A stretch of 64,000 nt of DNA from Bugula neritina (Eukaryota > Animalia > Bryozoa): positions 6,830,698-6,894,697 of the forward strand of contig OZ037765.1 of assembly GCA_964035545.1 (NCBI GenBank), given 5' to 3'. Below are positions 53,213 to 64,000 of the stretch, one piece after another. Under the pieces are notes generated by a model, which did not search any database, had not been told where the DNA came from, and saw only the letters and a list, made by a program, of their open reading frames with translations. How positions within the stretch are numbered: position 1 is the first letter of the stretch; each line of letters begins with the position of its first letter. A program made the position numbers and the translations under genes.

Positions 53213-56200
53213 CTTGCCCAGGGAAACTCTAGCTTGCTCTCAACACGTAACATATATCACTGGTGCCCTGCGAAAGAAAATTAATATTACATTTAATAAC
53301 CCACCTAAAAGTTTGATCTTTTGTGGCTATAAGATATGGTTAATGACATGTTAAACATAATGTTTAATGTTGAAAGAGTATGTTTTAAATGTACCAACTA
53401 TAATGGTACCAGCATTATAAAAATGATAGAAATAAAATAATGGGCCAGTGAATAATATTGTGATGAAGTGCTTGATACCAGAAATAGAAATAATGGCCCA
53501 AGAGCTTCAACAAGCTGCTCTTATGAAGTGTATTACTGTGTAGATTTGTAAGAGAAATGATGGCCCACAACAGGTGCTCCTGTATCTTGCAGTATTAATT
53601 ATAGTGGCTTTTGCAAACTGAGAAGCCAAAGTTATTAGAGTTACAATTTTACAGGGCTTACTTATGTTGATTTGTTGCAAGCATTAGCAGAAATAACATT
53701 AACAAAAGCAACTTTTACATTTCTCAAAAATATCAAATCTGAAAGTTTAATCAAATTTTACTTCAGATTTGAATTAATACTTTTAATATAATTGATAATA
53801 ATGCTAATAGATAGCCAGTATGAAAAAAATTATTTATATTCGTTTATTAAAGAAATTTTAGTGCAAAAGACACAAATTGAAATCCGTTAGGAACTTTAGT
53901 GCTACTATAAGTATAAGTAATAGTCTGCCTGGATCTGCAAAGCAGGTGATTTTTCATCAAAAGGTGATATTCTTTAGCTCTCTTAATCAATACACAATTG
54001 GCATTTCTTCAAGGTTTAACTAAAATATTTTTATCATGTTTTGCAGAAGGTTTGCAACCTTAAAATGCAGATGATATAGAGGAGAATTCTTTGAATGCAC
54101 TTTACAGTCAATTTCAATTGGACAAGTTAACTTCACATTCCAGTAAATCTGCAGTTGCACCATCAAATGCTATAGTAATATAGAATATAGACACAATTAA
54201 TCACTCTGCAATACTCACTATTCAGTTGCTATGCTTCCTTTCGGCACTTAGATTCTTATATTTATAGGAGCAGTTATAATATGACTATAGCTTACATAGA
54301 GATCATTAGAATTATTGTCCTTGCTAACCTCTCTAGTCTACAGTAATAATCATAATTCATAAAGATTACTATGGTTTTAACCGCTAGTATTGTTTTCAAT
54401 GCTAAGATCATGAATCATGTTTGTCCAATAGTTGAAAATTAAGCAAACTTATCAATATTATTATACGATATTAATATATGGGCTAGTTGGTTAGTCTGAT
54501 ATGCTATTACTATAATATATAGTAATACTAATAGTACATAAGCTGTACGTATAAAATTATACATATATTAATATATAACATTAACTATAGTCTATAAGTA
54601 TAAGTATTCTACTATGTTTGACCACTTAATTTATTAACACTACTATTATTCAATGAATAGAACATCCATTATAATTATAAGATACAAATATTTCATGCTG
54701 TGAAATTTAAGATAACAAAATAATGGAGATTGAGATTATAATAACTATAATAAAATAGATTGCTATGTCAGACACTCAAAGTAAGTCTTCATTGCTCTTC
54801 ACAATCAGCATCTGCATTATGATTATGCATTGAGCAGCATACTTTAATTTTAAATAATTATACTTCATTACTTGGTCTTGTGCCTATTGCCATAGCACGA
54901 TGCATGATAGCTCGACAGCCGAAGGTTGAAGCTAGTGGTAAATTATAACCCTGTAACTGCAAGACTAAGAGTAAGTGTATCACTATCTCAATCTGTACGT
55001 GCAAGTACTGAGTACAATGCACTGATAGTAATCATGCAATATGAAATTACTGTTAGTGTTACTGTTTGTGTTAGTATAACTGCAAACATCAATATGATGC
55101 TATCAGTGTCATACAATAAGTAACAATAACTATAAGTAACAATGAGTGTTTACCAATTACTGTTTATCCCACTATGATTATGACTATGACTATGAGTATG
55201 AGTATAATTGCATCAGTTTGTTACAATGTTTATGTTTTAGAGCTGTGAGAATGATAGCGTGTGCCTTTTGAAGACCAAGAGGCAAGAGCTAGTCAAGTTC
55301 ATTTTTGTTGTTGCCTTTAATTGTTTGAAAGAAAATAAGAATCAGAATTAGAATACCAATATTAATATACAACTTTCGAAATTCTATAAAACGTCAAATC
55401 TGAAATGTTTAAACTTACCTCTAAAATAGCTGCCAAGAATACCTACTTAGAAAGTCCTTGTCGTTATGAATATAATGGAAGCAGAACAATTTTCACTATT
55501 GCATTTGAATATACCATTACACTGATTACAGTATACCGCTATAATATGCTGTATAGATCCGCTCTACAAGCAGACTAGTCTACAAGTGTTGACATGCTCC
55601 TAGGCAGTGCGTGTTTGAAGGCCAATCAAAAATCGCGGTTGAATAACGAACTTTGTATTGCGTATATTTTTACAAAGAGGAAATAACTCTAGCTGTCAAA
55701 CGAAGTGTAAACTTTTCTAGCTGCTACGCAACTGTTTTTCAACATTGGTTTCGCCACTCCTCTTTCAGACTTCAGTGAAATAACAATAATGTACATCGGT
55801 GCATGTTAATTTGAAATAAATTAAGCTAAAATATATAATTTTCAAGCTAATGGATAGCTGCTATAATATTATGCATAGCAAGTATAGTGAAGCTCTATTC
55901 ACACTTAGATATGAGTTTTGGTAAACTGGTAACCTGTTAATATAGGCTATAAGGTAAGTTTTAGCTTTTAGCAATGTAGTTAAATTACCAGATACTTCCT
56001 ACACCAGTGTACTGCAATTAGCTGAGTAGGGTAGGCACAGCAATTTATTTATATTTGTGTCAGTGAATGACATAATATCACACAACTACTTTGATTGAAT
56101 ATTCAAGTTTTTGCTCACAGATGTTTAATTCAAAAACCACCCATTTCTAAATGTTTTTCTATTTTGATTGCACTTTCATCGTGCCTGGCTTGAATAGCTG

Positions 56201-57564
56201 TGTTTCTGTTCAAAACATTTAGGCATGAATAGATCTTCAGCTCAACATGTATAAAATATATTATTTATAAGGGGTGCAATCAACAGTTTTATGATAGCAA
56301 TAGCATGAGATCTAAGATTAGAATTATTTGAAACGAATTAACAATAACACACCTTATTTAACATATCACACATTATATCCATATGTCTATATGCACGGTC
56401 TTAGCATTATAGCAACAAATTACTTGTTGAAGTAATAGTAATTATGGGCCAGAAATGTATAGACATATATCAGCCCTACAGTATAAACTATAGATTATAA
56501 GGTATATATTATGATAGATGCTCAAAAAACTAAGTTATCAGGAATTACTGAAATATTTTTGTATTTTTGTTTATATATTTGCAAGGGTGGTGTTTCTATA
56601 TTTATTTGTGTTGCTTAGAGACGATGAATATTTTGACAAAAAATTTCAATTATTTTGATGTTATCTAAGCATGAGATGGCATATTGGTACTTCCACAACA
56701 GCTAGACTAATATTAGCTACACATCCATAACATAATGATATTATACAATGTATTGTGTGATGCAGTAATGATTAATATAAACAGTGATTGGTGTCCTATA
56801 GTTGCAGTGCTCACTGTCTGTTTAAAGCCTCCACCCCCCCCCCCCCCCCCCCCAGAGCCCCTGGTTACAAGGTTTTTAGGCAAGCTAGTGACTGTGCCTC
56901 TCACTATGCTAGAAACATGGTTCAAGAGCTTTAGCTGTGGCACACTACCAATTATGATCATCAGATGTTCTTCTTGACATCTCCAATAACCCCAGCTCAA
57001 ACTGGTGACCTCTGTCACACTAGGTCTGCCCTCTGCTAAGCCACGTTGCTTCTGCCTGATAGCTGCAGTACTTAAAATATGTAAAATAACTCTGATCATC
57101 AAAGTCAAAAATCAAGTGCTAACTTTAAAGTATCTTATGCTTATTTTTAGTTTCATCAAGCATGCGTATAAAGTTCTGTATCATATATAAATGTTCTATT
57201 TCAAGTTTTTCGCAATATTTCTACTACTATTTGTATATCCAGTGAAATTGTATGCGCAAGCAATCAAAGCCTCTAAATTAAAGAATCGTTTTACACTAGT
57301 AGAGCAAGAAAGGATAACTCTAAGATAAATTTGCAGACTTCACAGCTACATACAGTATATAAAACTAATTGAAATAAAATTTTTCTAGCAGATCTATTAC
57401 TACAATATTGTAAATATGTCCATTATAAAATATTTTATAATCACCTTGTAAAAAATTATAAATTCCTTATAACTTTTTTGCAAAGACAATTGCATAAAAA
57501 GAATGAGCTTACAAATGTTGCTTAAGTGAAAGCCACCAATTGCATGAACTAATCAAAAGATTTA

Positions 57565-63671
<6,107 letters not shown>

Positions 63672-64000
63672 CTGAAACACAGAAGGACTTCCGGCAATTT
63701 TTTATGCAGGCATATAATGCTAGCCACCGTTGAAATAAAAAATTACTTATAATAAGTAAAACGTAATAAGCTGCTAGAACATAATGTAAAGGAAAAAAAA
63801 TTAACGTTGTATGTTAAAAGCTATAAGCTGACGTATTATAGAGTTCTTAATCTAGCCTCTAAACAACATCTCCACTGTTTGTTTACAGTTTGTCTCAAAG
63901 CTGTATGTTATAGCTAGCAATATTTCAAAGTTTGAGTTATAATAATACATATCCATAGCATGAAGCTTACGCAGTTGACATAAGATGCCATTGTGGTATT

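Noticed and set aside
53428-53580. Three AGAAAT..ATGG(G/C)CCA repeats with variable spacing
   Set aside because: Short and degenerate with partly similar spacers; best explained as a decayed tandem duplication.

Overview
AT-rich, intron-containing animal genomic DNA, probably a compact-genome invertebrate (a spiralian such as a bryozoan is my inference, not established). I reconstructed nine spliced protein-coding genes exon by exon with consistent splice phases: sidekick (3' part, +), WBP2 (-), RNF220 (+), an FBXO39-like F-box protein (-, one likely GC-AG intron), a membrane-anchored hexosaminidase D (-), calcyphosin-like (-), MTAP (+), a WW-EF-ZZ dystrotelin/DAH-like protein (-) and a divergent N-acetylneuraminate lyase (-, 5' end outside the window). 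Mobile DNA comprises two MITE families, a tRNA-Thr(AGT)-derived SINE family, a fold-back element and several minisatellites. The most striking unexplained pattern is a shared low-complexity tract built from A-N-T triplets with 6-bp periodicity. It lies 0.2-1 kb downstream of the inferred transcription start of six different genes, and one copy forms a near-perfect ~440-bp palindrome. A second candidate is an unannotated spliced non-coding gene at ~32.3-35.3 kb with a 5'TOP-like start, micro-exons and H/ACA-like intronic folds. Most ORFs in the supplied track are intron or repeat artefacts.
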